DNA of 64,000 nucleotides from an uncultured archaeon (GCA_963817525.1 CAWFOU010000001.1:672001-736000), one strand, 5' to 3'; counted from the stretch's first letter, positions 47,562-57,725 are shown. Made by a program: numbers and translations. The notes: generated from the sequence alone by a model not told the origin.

Positions 47562-48199
47562 GCGGGAAGGTCCTCCCTCACCTTCAGGACAAGGTCGGTC
47601 GGGAACTCGCCTCTGACGGAGAGCCGGTCGCCATATAGGAGCTCGATGGCGATGGCGTCGAGCGTGCTCCTCCCGCCGAACGCCAGGCAGTCCAGGTAGA
47701 CCCTCTGGATCTCGTTCTCGAAACCGCCGTCCTCCTTCGGCAGAATCGCCACCCTCCCTTTGCTGCCCTCGGAGAATCCTGCGGACCTAAGGGACTTGGC
47801 CTGCTTGTCGGGGTCTTCAGCATAGACGAAGAAGGTGTGCGGCGTTTGAAATCGGGTGAGTTCGTAGGCACGGTAGTCCAGCGTGACCATCCCCCTCAGG
47901 GACCTCCTGGCGTAGTTGACGTCGCTTTCGTCGTACGCCCGCCCGAAGTACCTGGCCTGCTTCAGCGCCCGGAGAGAGGGCAGCAGGTGGAGCAGCGTCT
48001 GGTAGGGTTGGAACGCAGACGACCTCACCGTGAAGTGACCCCTCCTCTGCGTCTCGGCGGCAAGCCCGAGCTCCTGGAGACGGCGTATGAATCTGTACGC
48101 CGTCGCCCTCGACCCTGCAGGCCCGAAGAGCTCGCTAGCGCGATAGACGGGCTTCTGCCCCAATGCTTGCACTACCGCCAGCGACGGCTCCATTTTCAC
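47558..48199 (-). CDS. HTH-containing AbiEi-like putative antitoxin
   Basis: N-terminal wHTH (SRATAYRFIRRLQELGL), C-terminal RVYLDCL..GGRS; 4-nt overlap with the NTase gene. Confidence 0.6.
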   Translation of the reverse strand: MKMEPSLAVVQALGQKPVYRASELFGPAGSRATAYRFIRRLQELGLAAETQRRGHFTVRSSAFQPYQTLLHLLPSLRALKQARYFGRAYDESDVNYARRSLRGMVTLDYRAYELTRFQTPHTFFVYAEDPDKQAKSLRSAGFSEGSKGRVAILPKEDGGFENEIQRVYLDCLAFGGRSTLDAIAIELLYGDRLSVRGEFPTDLVLKVREDLPA

Positions 48200-48297
48200 G
48201 AGGAAGCTGGTCTCCTGGCAGCTATATAAGAATGTCTCAATTATGAGACTATAAACGGAGAAACCAGCCTATGAGCGCTGCCGCGAGCAAGATGCGA

Positions 48298-49647
48298 TCA
48301 AACGCTTGTTCGCGGTCTCCTAGCGAACATGACTAACAGGATTGCGAAGAGAGCGACCAGTGTTACCCCCGTGCCTATCTCGAACAGAGTGAAGGACCCC
48401 GACTGGCTGTAGTTGGTCAACTTATCTTGGATGCCCAGCATCAAGCTCCCGTTTCCCGTTGTGCTGAAGAAGTAGAGCGTGCTGGGATGACCCGTTCCTC
48501 CCTGGCCGCTGAGACCTGAGGCCGCTGCCGCAAAAGAGCCGTCGCTGGAGACACCCTCTGTAAGGGCTGAGTAAAGTGGATCGCTCCAAATCAGCCTGCC
48601 CGCGGAGTTGATGAGCTCCATGCCGTTGCCGCCCGCTCCCCCGAGCAGGAACAGCCCGTTCGACGTGCGAAGCAGGTTCGATTCCCCGTAGGTGTAGTTG
48701 GCGAGCAGCTTTCCGCCGCCGTCGTAGAAGAGGGCGTTAGAGTCGGTGACGTAGGCGGCGGCCGTGCCGTTCGGAAGCAGGGCCTCGGAGAGCACTCCGC
48801 TGTCGACGTGATGCCCCCACAGCAAGCCGCCCTGTCCCGTTAGCAAGAACACCGTGCCGTTGGTGTCCGAGCTGAAGTTGCCGGCTGCGATCAAAGTTCC
48901 GTTCGGGGTGACAGCGATCGAACTCTCGGGGATCGGAGAGGGCGCTTCGTTAACCAAGATACTGTTCTCGCCGGTACCGAGCGTTGTTATCCCGTTCGTG
49001 CCGACCGGCACGCGGGTTCCGTTCTGCGACACGAAGAAGGTGGGAGGACCCTCCTGAGCGGAGTTGTTCCCGGTGGGATAACCTCCGGCGGTGTAGGTCC
49101 ACACGACCTGGCCTTGCCAGGTGAGCAGGGTGAGCGAGTCTGAGCTAGCGACCGCTATCCTGGACCCGTCAGCTGACATGGTGGCAGACCATGGGGAGCT
49201 GGCGGTCCGGTTCCAAAGCATGTTCCCGTTAGAGTCGAACGCGTACACCTCGGCGTTTGCGTAGACTCCGGCAGGTCCGGTGAGTATCTGATATCCGTTC
49301 GCCTCGATGCGGGAGCCGTTTCCAGATATGGCGACCTCGCCTATTATCCTGCTCGTCTGATGCTCCCACAGAAGGTTGCCGGCGCTGTCGAACAGGAGCA
49401 CCGCTCCGCTGGTCAGGTTGAAACCGACCCCGACGGCGACATAGCTCCCGTTGTCGGTGATCGCCACAGAGTTGACCGTCCCGCTCGTATGGTAAACCCA
49501 AAGCGGGGTCTTTGCCGTGACAAGAGGATTGCCCGCCGTCACGATGAAGAGCGACAAGATCACGAGCGCGGCCAGGGCTACGGCCAGGGTAATTCTGCGC
49601 CGTGTGGGGCCTCTACGGCTCTCGTAGCCTGCCGAGAGGTCAGTCAT
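48298..49647 (-). CDS. Secreted beta-propeller (WD40/PQQ-like) protein with C-terminal TM anchor
   Basis: Repeated G.LLW and VAIS.NGS blades; N-terminal signal anchor; C-terminal TM + RRPR. Confidence 0.8.
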   Translation of the reverse strand: MTDLSAGYESRRGPTRRRITLAVALAALVILSLFIVTAGNPLVTAKTPLWVYHTSGTVNSVAITDNGSYVAVGVGFNLTSGAVLLFDSAGNLLWEHQTSRIIGEVAISGNGSRIEANGYQILTGPAGVYANAEVYAFDSNGNMLWNRTASSPWSATMSADGSRIAVASSDSLTLLTWQGQVVWTYTAGGYPTGNNSAQEGPPTFFVSQNGTRVPVGTNGITTLGTGENSILVNEAPSPIPESSIAVTPNGTLIAAGNFSSDTNGTVFLLTGQGGLLWGHHVDSGVLSEALLPNGTAAAYVTDSNALFYDGGGKLLANYTYGESNLLRTSNGLFLLGGAGGNGMELINSAGRLIWSDPLYSALTEGVSSDGSFAAAASGLSGQGGTGHPSTLYFFSTTGNGSLMLGIQDKLTNYSQSGSFTLFEIGTGVTLVALFAILLVMFARRPRTSV

Positions 49648-49897
49648 GATGAGATTCCCCCTTGTTGGCCATGTGGAGGAACCGCTTGAAGCCAATTCCA
49701 TAGGCGATGCCACCGAAAATCAAGACATCGACAACCAATAGGCACCACGCAAAGATATCTCCGAGATATCCAGTGGGGAACCAAGGGTCGAGTGCGTAGG
49801 CTTCGAGTGCGATTGCCTCCGGGACGAAAAGAGCGATTCCGCCTACTATCGCTATCAACGTAAGAACGTAGAAGTATCTGTTGAATCTAGTCATCAT
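49640..49897 (-). CDS. Small two-TM membrane protein
   Basis: Two hydrophobic helices; coupled to the propeller gene. Confidence 0.5.
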   Translation of the reverse strand: MMTRFNRYFYVLTLIAIVGGIALFVPEAIALEAYALDPWFPTGYLGDIFAWCLLVVDVLIFGGIAYGIGFKRFLHMANKGESHHD

Positions 49898-50109
49898 TCT
49901 TTCTTCCCGATCTTACAATCTGTCTTCATACGAAGAGCCTTCTCATTAACCATGCCCTGAATGCTGTGTTAGCCCGTTGGCGACGCAAACAGTGGGGTCA
50001 GGAACTCTAGGCAAGTCACCAGAGCCCCCTCTCCTCGGAAGAGAGTTCTTCGCAGCTCGAGTCAGTCCTGAGTGTGACGAGTCTGCAAAGGGAACGCGCG
50101 CTTCGGTTC

Positions 50110-51285
50110 TCACCCTATCTCATTATTCTGGCATGGCCCGGAGATGGTTTGGAGCTGTCCGGAGATGCTCACGGGGAAATACGCGGCGATGGCATAAAGA
50201 CCCTGCTGGCTTCCGGAGACCTCAGCGTAGAGGGTCGGGTCGATTGCCGTGAAGCTTGCGATGGGACCCGAAATCAGCATCGAGAAGCTGTACGTGGCGT
50301 TCGAGTAGGTGCCCAGCTGAATCGCCGGGGCGTCGACCTGCATGAAATTGCTGGGCAGCTTCTGGAACGTCGTGGTTGTCATGTCGTTCACTGCGGCCTG
50401 ATTATTGGGATACCAGGAGCAGGAGTCGTTCGCGGGGAGGGTGGTCAGGTCGGGATTGGCATCGAAGGCCCTCACGATGCTCTCGTTCAACGACAACCCC
50501 GCAGTGAGGGGATGGCTGAAGCTCTGGAGGCTCATCCTGAAAGTGACGTTCTCGGCTCCCTGGGAGGTTGGGAAAGCAGATACGGATACGCCCGTGATGT
50601 TGATCGTCGGGTTGAAGCTCGACTCGGTCTCGAGGTACGTGATGCTCGCTCCCGTATATCCGACGATCTGGGCATCAAGGGAATTGGCGGGACAGCCAAA
50701 GCGCACGCCGAATAGTCCCGGGAAGTCCGTGGAGTTGACCTGGGAAGTCCCGTAGCCGACCGCTAGCGGGACCGGGATGCACATCTGCAGTAGGGAAAGC
50801 CCGTAGAACCCTACCGAGTCCTGTCCAGCCGCAACCGTGTATTCCACCACTGCACGCTGTCCGTTGGCTATCGAGACGCTCGCGGGCAAGGCGTTGATAT
50901 TGACGTTCTGAGTCGGCTGCATTTGCCCGTTGGATTCCCAGGCATTGATAGAGTTGTAGACTGACCCCGAGTAGCTTGATCCCCCGTAGCTGACGCAAAG
51001 AGCCATCGAAGAGTTGGGGCTCATTACGAGCGCCGGGAACGCGACATCCGTGATTTCGGTCCCGTTCGAGAGAGTCGTTCGGTTCGTAATTTGAGAAGGA
51101 TAGGCCTGCGCGCAGGGCGTTGGCGAAGTCGTGGTGGACTGACTCGCCGAAACGGAGGTGCTCGTCCTCGGCGACGCTGAATTCGTCCTTAGGTATTGAG
51201 CCCCGACGAGGCTTGCTCCTATCACCACCAGGAGAACTATGGAAGCCGCGAGCTTGGCATGACTGTGCGACTCTTGGTTCTCCAT
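50110..51285 (-). CDS. Secreted/anchored S/T- and Cys-rich surface protein
   Basis: SHAKLAASIVLLVVIG anchor, S/T linker, many N-x-S/T sequons. Confidence 0.75.
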   Translation of the reverse strand: MENQESHSHAKLAASIVLLVVIGASLVGAQYLRTNSASPRTSTSVSASQSTTTSPTPCAQAYPSQITNRTTLSNGTEITDVAFPALVMSPNSSMALCVSYGGSSYSGSVYNSINAWESNGQMQPTQNVNINALPASVSIANGQRAVVEYTVAAGQDSVGFYGLSLLQMCIPVPLAVGYGTSQVNSTDFPGLFGVRFGCPANSLDAQIVGYTGASITYLETESSFNPTINITGVSVSAFPTSQGAENVTFRMSLQSFSHPLTAGLSLNESIVRAFDANPDLTTLPANDSCSWYPNNQAAVNDMTTTTFQKLPSNFMQVDAPAIQLGTYSNATYSFSMLISGPIASFTAIDPTLYAEVSGSQQGLYAIAAYFPVSISGQLQTISGPCQNNEIG

Positions 51286-51323
51286 GCTGGCAAGACTTCC
51301 TTGCTGATTCGCTCGGGTTTCTG

Positions 51324-51343
51324 ATTAATAGTTTTGTCCGAAC
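51324..51343 (-). promoter_or_regulatory. Extended promoter motif GTTCGGACAAAACTATTAAT (copy 1)
   Basis: Identical 20-mer also at 57706-57725 and 57868-57887; TATA part ~40 nt upstream of ATG 51285. Confidence 0.75.
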
Positions 51344-51348
51344 GGCCT

Positions 51349-51825
51349 TCAAAACCTGCCGTAGTCAGCCGATGTTACATTGGCGAAAGAAAGGTATTGT
51401 ATCGTTCCGTTCCCAACATAGACGTCTGCCTCGATTTGGCCGCTTCCGTTCGGAGAGAAGAATATGATGCGCTCGGTCGGAGCGATGTTGGCGCCCCATG
51501 TATACCCGAAGCTCCTGCTTTGGTCCACGTGATAAGTCAGTCCATCAGCCAACTCTTGGAATTGCGCCGAGCTCTCGACCGCCTGAACCATCGAGTTGCC
51601 GATGCTGGCTACCTGAGAACCTCCGGGGAACCCGGGAGGAGCGGGAGGTGGGGCATCTGAGGAGACTTGACCCGTCTGAGAGGACTCGTTCGCACCGGCA
51701 TGCGTCGATGAGGCAGACTGAGTGGCTCCTGCCGCGGTTCCAATCGATGTCAGACTCGACAGCATGAGCGCGAGCACGACCGACGCGATCGTACCGCTGG
51801 TTCCTACAGGCCTGCCGCGTCTCAT
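51349..51825 (-). CDS. Secreted protein divergent from a membrane wHTH regulator
   Basis: Signal peptide; ESSAQFQELA segment resembles ETSSQYQAFA of 60127-60942. Confidence 0.65.
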   Translation of the reverse strand: MRRGRPVGTSGTIASVVLALMLSSLTSIGTAAGATQSASSTHAGANESSQTGQVSSDAPPPAPPGFPGGSQVASIGNSMVQAVESSAQFQELADGLTYHVDQSRSFGYTWGANIAPTERIIFFSPNGSGQIEADVYVGNGTIQYLSFANVTSADYGRF

Positions 51826-51870
51826 AGTGGCGAACCGGCACGAATTCTATTTGAAGGATTGCCATAGCAA

Positions 51871-51888
51871 TCGGACAAAAGTATTTAA
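51871..51888 (+). promoter_or_regulatory. Variant of the extended promoter motif (TCGGACAAAAGTATTTAA)
   Basis: TATA part ~25 nt before the TTG of the wHTH gene; preceded by palindrome ATTGC-CATA-GCAAT. Confidence 0.65.
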
Positions 51889-51912
51889 CAGAAATCGCGG
51901 CTTTAGGAAAGG

Positions 51913-52596
51913 TTGTCCAAGTTCGCGGTCATATTCGCAGTGGCGCTGGGCTTGGCGATTGTGAGCACGGCGTTCGCCGGAGTGCAACTTACCTCCTCTC
52001 CCAATCCGACAGTGCAATCCAGTCTCACTACGACATCCACCACGGCCTCCAACGGAAGCGCGCTGACCGAGGCGGGGGGCGTCACCTTCGGCTTCGGGGC
52101 GAGCTCGAGTTACAATCTGCCCTCGGGGAACTCGGGGCATCCAAGCTCGGTTTTGGGGGTGGTCGTTCAGTTCTTCCAAGACCGTTCTCTGGCTCTCGCC
52201 CCGGGCGGCTGGATTTTCGTAGGAGGTCTGTGGATCTGGCGGGGCAGGATGAAGTCAAGGTGGGAGGCACTCGGCTTCGACTCGGAAGTATTCGAGCTCT
52301 TCGTGAGGATGAGGGGCGGGAAGACGAGGGTGAAGCTCCTCAACTCACTGCTGATACCGAAGGACAGGTTCCAGCTCGCGCAGGAGCTCGGGCTGGACTG
52401 GAAGGCCGTCGACAGGCACATCATGATGCTGGACAAGTTCGGGTTCGTGCGCGAGCAGACTGCGTACGGGCGAGTTAGGATCTACGAACTGACCTCGTCC
52501 GGGAAGATGCTTTTGCAGCTCTTCCAGAGCCTCAACGACGAGGAGAGCGCCGAGAATATTGTTAGAGTTGCCGAGCTTCATCATTCAGAGGCTTAG
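51913..52596 (+). CDS. Membrane-tethered winged-helix (ArsR-like) regulator
   Basis: Signal/TM, S/T/G-rich linker, second TM, then MRGGKTRVKLL...LAQELGLDWKAVDRH..ML...YELT..GK. Confidence 0.82.
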   Translation: MSKFAVIFAVALGLAIVSTAFAGVQLTSSPNPTVQSSLTTTSTTASNGSALTEAGGVTFGFGASSSYNLPSGNSGHPSSVLGVVVQFFQDRSLALAPGGWIFVGGLWIWRGRMKSRWEALGFDSEVFELFVRMRGGKTRVKLLNSLLIPKDRFQLAQELGLDWKAVDRHIMMLDKFGFVREQTAYGRVRIYELTSSGKMLLQLFQSLNDEESAENIVRVAELHHSEA

Positions 52597-52675
52597 AAAT
52601 GCTGGTCCAGGACTAGCTCGCGAGCTCGGAGCTGTGGCTGTTGCGGTGCTACCATCCTGAAATCTTGGGACGAAG

Positions 52676-52963
52676 TTGAAATCGCGCAAACATGAGATGA
52701 TAGTTTGGGATTCAAAAGGGCCAGTCCCGATAGCCAAGATAGTGGCGGCGATCAACAGGCTGGAGACACAGGTAGACCTCTACGAGATTGTTGGCGCGAA
52801 ATCGAGCGCGTTGGCTGTCATTCTCGTCCGGCACGGTCTGCTGAAGTCTGAAGAGAAGAGAAGGGCAGAAGCGTTGTCAATAGCGCGGAGGAAATTCCCA
52901 GCCGCGAAGGACGTAATTCTCCATCGTAACGATGACTGGAGTGTCTCGAAATCACAGTCTTAG
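52676..52963 (+). CDS. Hypothetical protein
   Basis: Only plausible ORF in the gap; no motif recognised. Confidence 0.4.
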   Translation: MKSRKHEMIVWDSKGPVPIAKIVAAINRLETQVDLYEIVGAKSSALAVILVRHGLLKSEEKRRAEALSIARRKFPAAKDVILHRNDDWSVSKSQS

Positions 52964-52980
52964 GTTGATGCGGTGATTGA

Positions 52981-53394
52981 CTACACCGTGAATGGTGCAG
53001 CTGTGGTCGATGAGATTGCGTAACCCCCAGTGCTGACTACAAAGAAAGTCGCCGAATACTCTCCAGATGCCAGACCGAAAGCTATCGTGTAGGCTGTCCC
53101 ATTCGCACCTGCCGCGAGCTGGAGGACGCAAGTCGAGATCTGAACCGTTTGGCCCAGGGAATTGTGGACGACCATGAACACCACTCCGGTGACGGTCGCG
53201 TTGATCCCGTTGGCATACGTGGTCCCGAAAGAGGTATAGGGACCAAGCGGAGCATAGACCGGATCGCCCGTCTCGAACCAACAACCCGTGCTGCTGCACG
53301 CGCTGGTCGCGGCTGCCATCGTAGCTTGGAAAGGAATCGCAAGGAGAAATGCGAATAGGAATGCGATTGGAAGCGCTCCGACTCCTCTCTTCAA
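52981..53394 (-). CDS. Small secreted Ig-like protein
   Basis: Signal peptide; beta-rich domain (GVVFMVVHNSLGQTV...LASGEYSATFFV). Confidence 0.7.
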   Translation of the reverse strand: MKRGVGALPIAFLFAFLLAIPFQATMAAATSACSSTGCWFETGDPVYAPLGPYTSFGTTYANGINATVTGVVFMVVHNSLGQTVQISTCVLQLAAGANGTAYTIAFGLASGEYSATFFVVSTGGYAISSTTAAPFTV

Positions 53395-53530
53395 AGAAAT
53401 TAGACTCTTCCTAGAAATGCCGGTGGGTTTCGGACTCTTAAGATTTCTGGAACATTGGTCTCCTTTCCTCTCGTCCGGCGGAAGCGTTCCGGTGGGCGGC
53501 GCGAGGGGGGCCCGCGGTACGGCGAAGTGT

Positions 53531-54535
53531 TTAGTCCTTCAGTGGCTCGAGCGCGGCCATCGCGACGGGCGGCATCTTCTTGAACTCGTCCCACCGCTCC
53601 TGGGGCAGATTGAACAAGTCTGCGCCGAAGGCGAGGATTAGGTTCTGCCCGACGTCCGCGTGCCCCTTCGGGAAGTCCACTACGACGTGGAAGCTCAGCC
53701 CCGGGTCCTCGTGGAAGACGGTGACTGCGCTGAGCTCGCCTATCAGCTTTTCGGCCGAGTAGGGGGACCTTTTCATCTCCTCCTCGAGGGTCTCGACCAT
53801 CACCTTGTGGCCTCCTCTCGCGGAGTGGGTGGTGGCTCGGCCGGTCACACCCAGAGGCGGCAGGTCGTAGGACACGCCGTACGACTTCGCCAGCAGGTCG
53901 AGCTCCGGGCTCTTGAGGAAGCCGACGAGGTCTGGCAGCTCGGCGGCCGCCAACTGGGGGACCATGTAGTGCTCGGTCCTGTGGTACCTCGCAGAGACCG
54001 CGAGCCTCTTGTCGATGAGCGGCGGCGTCAGCGTCTCGCCGTACATCGCGTGGTGGCGGACGTGCTCCGGGAAGTAGCCGAGGGTGACCTCCCACCCGTC
54101 GTATTCCCTCCTGTAGACCTGGTCGCGGCCCGTCCACTCGGCGCTCGTCGCGGGACGGAGCCTGGCGTTGTCGGCTGCCCCGGCCACCAGCCGTTCCAGC
54201 CTGTCCAAGAGTATCATCCTCCTCATCATGGTGTCGACCTCGGCTTTGTTCGTCTCCAAGACGCCGAGCAGTACGTCCCTCACCTGCGCCTGCGAGAGGG
54301 ACTTCTCCTCCCCCGCCTCGGGGAATATCACCTCTATCAGCTTCTCCGTGATCACCGCGCGCCCCCTGGCGGGGTCCATGTACTCCTTCGAGCGGGCGAC
54401 CGCGGCGAGAGCCCTCCTCCTCGCCTCGTCCGTCTCCTCGCCCGCGGTAGGGCCGTAGAACGGGTCGAAGCCGTCCATGATCCCCCGCAGCGCCTCGACT
54501 ACGTTCACGTTTTCTCCCGCGCCTATCTTGAACAA
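53531..54535 (-). CDS. Hypothetical cytoplasmic protein
   Basis: 334-aa ORF with strong host codon bias; no motif recognised. Confidence 0.7.
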   Translation of the reverse strand: MFKIGAGENVNVVEALRGIMDGFDPFYGPTAGEETDEARRRALAAVARSKEYMDPARGRAVITEKLIEVIFPEAGEEKSLSQAQVRDVLLGVLETNKAEVDTMMRRMILLDRLERLVAGAADNARLRPATSAEWTGRDQVYRREYDGWEVTLGYFPEHVRHHAMYGETLTPPLIDKRLAVSARYHRTEHYMVPQLAAAELPDLVGFLKSPELDLLAKSYGVSYDLPPLGVTGRATTHSARGGHKVMVETLEEEMKRSPYSAEKLIGELSAVTVFHEDPGLSFHVVVDFPKGHADVGQNLILAFGADLFNLPQERWDEFKKMPPVAMAALEPLKD

Positions 54536-54722
54536 TTTATCTTTTGGAGCAAGTCTCTATTGGTCAGCCTTCCAATCCGTGACCCGGGCCCGGGTTTGCG
54601 GTCGGGGACGGAGCAACTAGTCGCTAGAGAGCGATGTAGGTCGCGTTCATGCCGTTCACGCTCACCGACGAGGCGACGTATCGGAAGAAGGAAGGTGGTC
54701 ATTCGGAAGCTCCACCATCAAG

Positions 54723-55949
54723 TCAGGCGGTAGCGACCACGACCGCGCTCGCTATTGCGGAGGACCCGTCATGGAAGGTGGCCACGAAGGTGACCACGTA
54801 CCTGTCCCCGACCACCGCGGGGATGAACGCATTTGGAATCGAACCCTTGTACATGTCCGCGAAGGTCGACAGGGTAGAAGCCGTCGCGACCGACCCGGTG
54901 CTGCAGGTCGTCTGGGTCCCGTTCAAGAAGCATCCTGGAGGGAGAGTGGTCGGGTTCAGGACCGTGCTTCCGTCGAAGGTCCCGTTGACGTACACGTCTA
55001 TCGTCACTGGGGTCGGGCCGTTTATGTTAAGCTGCCCGCTCAGGTAAGGGGACGGATAGACGCAGTTGGCGGCGCAGAGCGAGAGGCCGGACACGGAGAT
55101 TCCCGCGCTCGATGTGGCGCAAGCGATCCCTTCGGTCGCAGTCTGGGTCGTCGTGACGTTCACGAAGGTGGTCGTAATGGTCACCATGCACGCGGTCTCC
55201 GTGGCCCCTTGGGAGGTCGAGGTCGATTGAGAAGAAGCGCTCCCGGCCTGGAAGTGTTGGATCACCAGGTCGCCCCACTCGTCGCCGCTGACAACGGTGA
55301 ATACTCCGGAGGAGTTTGAGAACAGGGAGGGTTTGAGAAGCGCGGTCTCGCTCATGATTGCTTCCTGATTGGCGGTTTGGAAACCGGTGGCTATCCACTG
55401 CGCCCGGTCGCTCGTGGGGCTGAAGATGTAGTTGTTTGTGGAGTAAGTATAGAAGAGAGGCGGCGCGGTATTATTCGCGGCTATGATGTAGAGGAGGCAC
55501 TGGTTGAAGCCGAGGGGAGGTTGGAACACGGTGAAGACCAGGGGCGCTCCTTTCGAGAAGTTGCCCAGGTCGTAATAGCCCGCGAGCACCTCGGTCCTAA
55601 AGGGGTCATTCTGGGCGCAATTCATGCTGGGACCGGACTCGGACTCGTTGGTAAGCCGCCAGTCGTCGGCACCCGATACGTTATTGATCCTACCGAGGGT
55701 GTTATACAGATTCAAAGAAACCGTCAGGTTGCTCCCTCGCTCCAGGGTCGACGAGTTAAGGGACATCGTGAACTCGAGGCCGTTGCTGTTCAAGAGGCTC
55801 GCGGTCTGACTCGTGGATGTGCTCGAAGCCGCCTGACTTGGGCTGGTCGTGGGCTTTGTGCCCACCGGCGAGACTAGCAAAGCGTAACCGACGGCGGTCC
55901 CTATCACCACAACAAGGATAATCGAAGCCACAAGCCTGGCGTGACTCAC
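54723..55949 (-). CDS. Secreted/anchored modular surface protein
   Basis: SHARLVASIILVVVIG anchor; domain GSNLTVS..LYNTL...DEWG...HF shared with 55974-57674. Confidence 0.75.
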   Translation of the reverse strand: MSHARLVASIILVVVIGTAVGYALLVSPVGTKPTTSPSQAASSTSTSQTASLLNSNGLEFTMSLNSSTLERGSNLTVSLNLYNTLGRINNVSGADDWRLTNESESGPSMNCAQNDPFRTEVLAGYYDLGNFSKGAPLVFTVFQPPLGFNQCLLYIIAANNTAPPLFYTYSTNNYIFSPTSDRAQWIATGFQTANQEAIMSETALLKPSLFSNSSGVFTVVSGDEWGDLVIQHFQAGSASSQSTSTSQGATETACMVTITTTFVNVTTTQTATEGIACATSSAGISVSGLSLCAANCVYPSPYLSGQLNINGPTPVTIDVYVNGTFDGSTVLNPTTLPPGCFLNGTQTTCSTGSVATASTLSTFADMYKGSIPNAFIPAVVGDRYVVTFVATFHDGSSAIASAVVVATA

Positions 55950-55973
55950 CGGAGATTGCTCGGTCGTTCGCCA

Positions 55974-57674
55974 TCACCCTATGGAGCTGGCTACGCCGAC
56001 TATCCGGAAGTAGAGGTCGCCGCGGATCAATTGATACGGTATCCCAGGGATTGTTGGGGCGCTTGAGCTGGTGGTGGCCGAGGAACTTGACTCGTTAGTC
56101 GTCGTGTAGGTTATGCAGCCGGTGGGCTGGACGTAGTTCGGCTGCCCGTCCCCTGAGACGAGCTGGCCGTAGTACCCGCACTGCTCGGGCTCTTGGGCGC
56201 CGAGCATCCATGTGTCAAGGCTACTCGAGGGAAGGAAGCCGAGCTGGTACGTGCCGCTCGCGCCCGCCTTGGCCGCCACCGCGTAGGCAACGACCGTCCC
56301 CTCGTTCTCGTCGTTCGGTCCTCCAATCGTCAACTGAGACTGGCTCACCGACACGGTGAAGTTGGACGCGCCGCTGAACGACCGGGGCGTGCCGACGCTG
56401 CCGTTGAAGACGTATTGGAGTGCCTGAATCGAGAGCGCTGCGGTGAGGTTGACGGTGAGCGGAGTAGCCGAATAGTAGTAGAGCTGGACGCAGATCAGGG
56501 CGGGCGAGCCCGTCCCGGCGATCACCGTCCCGAAGCCGGAGCCAGGGCTCGTGTCGGGGCACTGCTCTACGAGGGCGGAGTCGGTTGTGGACGCTCCCGA
56601 AGACGTATTCGACGTCGTGCCGTCTCGGAGATCGACGGCAAAGTGACCGACCGCGGTCTGCCCCCACGCGTCGAACACGACAAGCGTGTAGTTCCCCACC
56701 GGGAAGGTGTAGTTCTGGCCGGAGCCCGTCCAATAGCCGGCGAGCGTCGACATCTCGCTCACCGGCCCTGTCGTGGTCTGCCCGCCTGGAATCTGTTCGA
56801 CGGTCGCGTTGTCGCTGTTTGGGGCGAAAGAATACTGGAACGTGAAGACTTCTGGGCAGGTGTATATCAGGACGGGGTTGTAGAGCAGCAGCTCTGTCCC
56901 CTGCGTCAGGTTCGCCGCGGAATAGTCTCCCTGATAGACGTCGACTCCCGTCGCGAATCTCTGCTGGCAGGGGCCGTAGGCAGGGTTGGCCATCGACGTG
57001 GCGTTCACCTCGACCTCCGTCGGCAGCGTGTTGTAGACCTGTGCCGACACCGTGACGTTGCTGCCTTGGGCGACCACGGGACTGAAGGCGGCGGTCAGCT
57101 GCAGGCCGTCGATGTTGGTCCCTGTTACGACCCCTGGCTGGGCATCTACCTCGAAGAATATCGCAGTACAGGTAGCGACCCACTGCATGTGAACGTTGCC
57201 ATCAAACGCCGTTGCCGTTGACGGTGAGGGGACGCCCGGTGGATAAGGAGCAGGCGGCGCTGATCCGAACATGACCGTCTGGGTTTCGCTTCCCTGGGTG
57301 ATGTTGAAGACCAGATTATAGCCGAGATTCACCATAGGCGAGCCATTGGAAGTGTAGCCATATCCCGTGCCGTTGTACACCATCACGAACCGGTAGTCGC
57401 CTACTGTGAAGTTCGAAGGCATGGTCTGCAGGTTGAAGACTGCTGATTCGTTCGTTGAGGTTGTCGCAACCAGGGAATATGAAGCGCATGTGCTGGAGGC
57501 AGGACTTGGCGAGGAGCTTGAGGATGATACTGACGAGGTGTCCAATGACGTACCATGGGGCGGCGTGCTCGTTTGTAAGCTAAGGACCACGAACGCCATC
57601 GTAGCTACCACAAGGACGACGATGACGGCCACGACCACTATGGTCGTCCCGATTCCCCTCCGTGGCTGTGTCAT
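55974..57674 (-). CDS. Secreted modular surface protein with class III-like signal peptide
   Basis: MTQPRRG|IGTTIVVVAVIVVLVV; three Cys-paired domains separated by S/T linkers; start reset below the promoter motif. Confidence 0.75.
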   Translation of the reverse strand: MTQPRRGIGTTIVVVAVIVVLVVATMAFVVLSLQTSTPPHGTSLDTSSVSSSSSSPSPASSTCASYSLVATTSTNESAVFNLQTMPSNFTVGDYRFVMVYNGTGYGYTSNGSPMVNLGYNLVFNITQGSETQTVMFGSAPPAPYPPGVPSPSTATAFDGNVHMQWVATCTAIFFEVDAQPGVVTGTNIDGLQLTAAFSPVVAQGSNVTVSAQVYNTLPTEVEVNATSMANPAYGPCQQRFATGVDVYQGDYSAANLTQGTELLLYNPVLIYTCPEVFTFQYSFAPNSDNATVEQIPGGQTTTGPVSEMSTLAGYWTGSGQNYTFPVGNYTLVVFDAWGQTAVGHFAVDLRDGTTSNTSSGASTTDSALVEQCPDTSPGSGFGTVIAGTGSPALICVQLYYYSATPLTVNLTAALSIQALQYVFNGSVGTPRSFSGASNFTVSVSQSQLTIGGPNDENEGTVVAYAVAAKAGASGTYQLGFLPSSSLDTWMLGAQEPEQCGYYGQLVSGDGQPNYVQPTGCITYTTTNESSSSATTSSSAPTIPGIPYQLIRGDLYFRIVGVASSIG

Positions 57675-57705
57675 CCCAACTCGAAGCTTGCGACTGTGAT
57701 TCTTG

Positions 57706-57725
57706 ATTAATAGTTTTGTCCGAAC
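57706..57725 (-). promoter_or_regulatory. Extended promoter motif (copy 2)
   Basis: 24 bp (57704-57727) identical to 51322-51345; ~32 nt upstream of ATG 57674. Confidence 0.75.
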
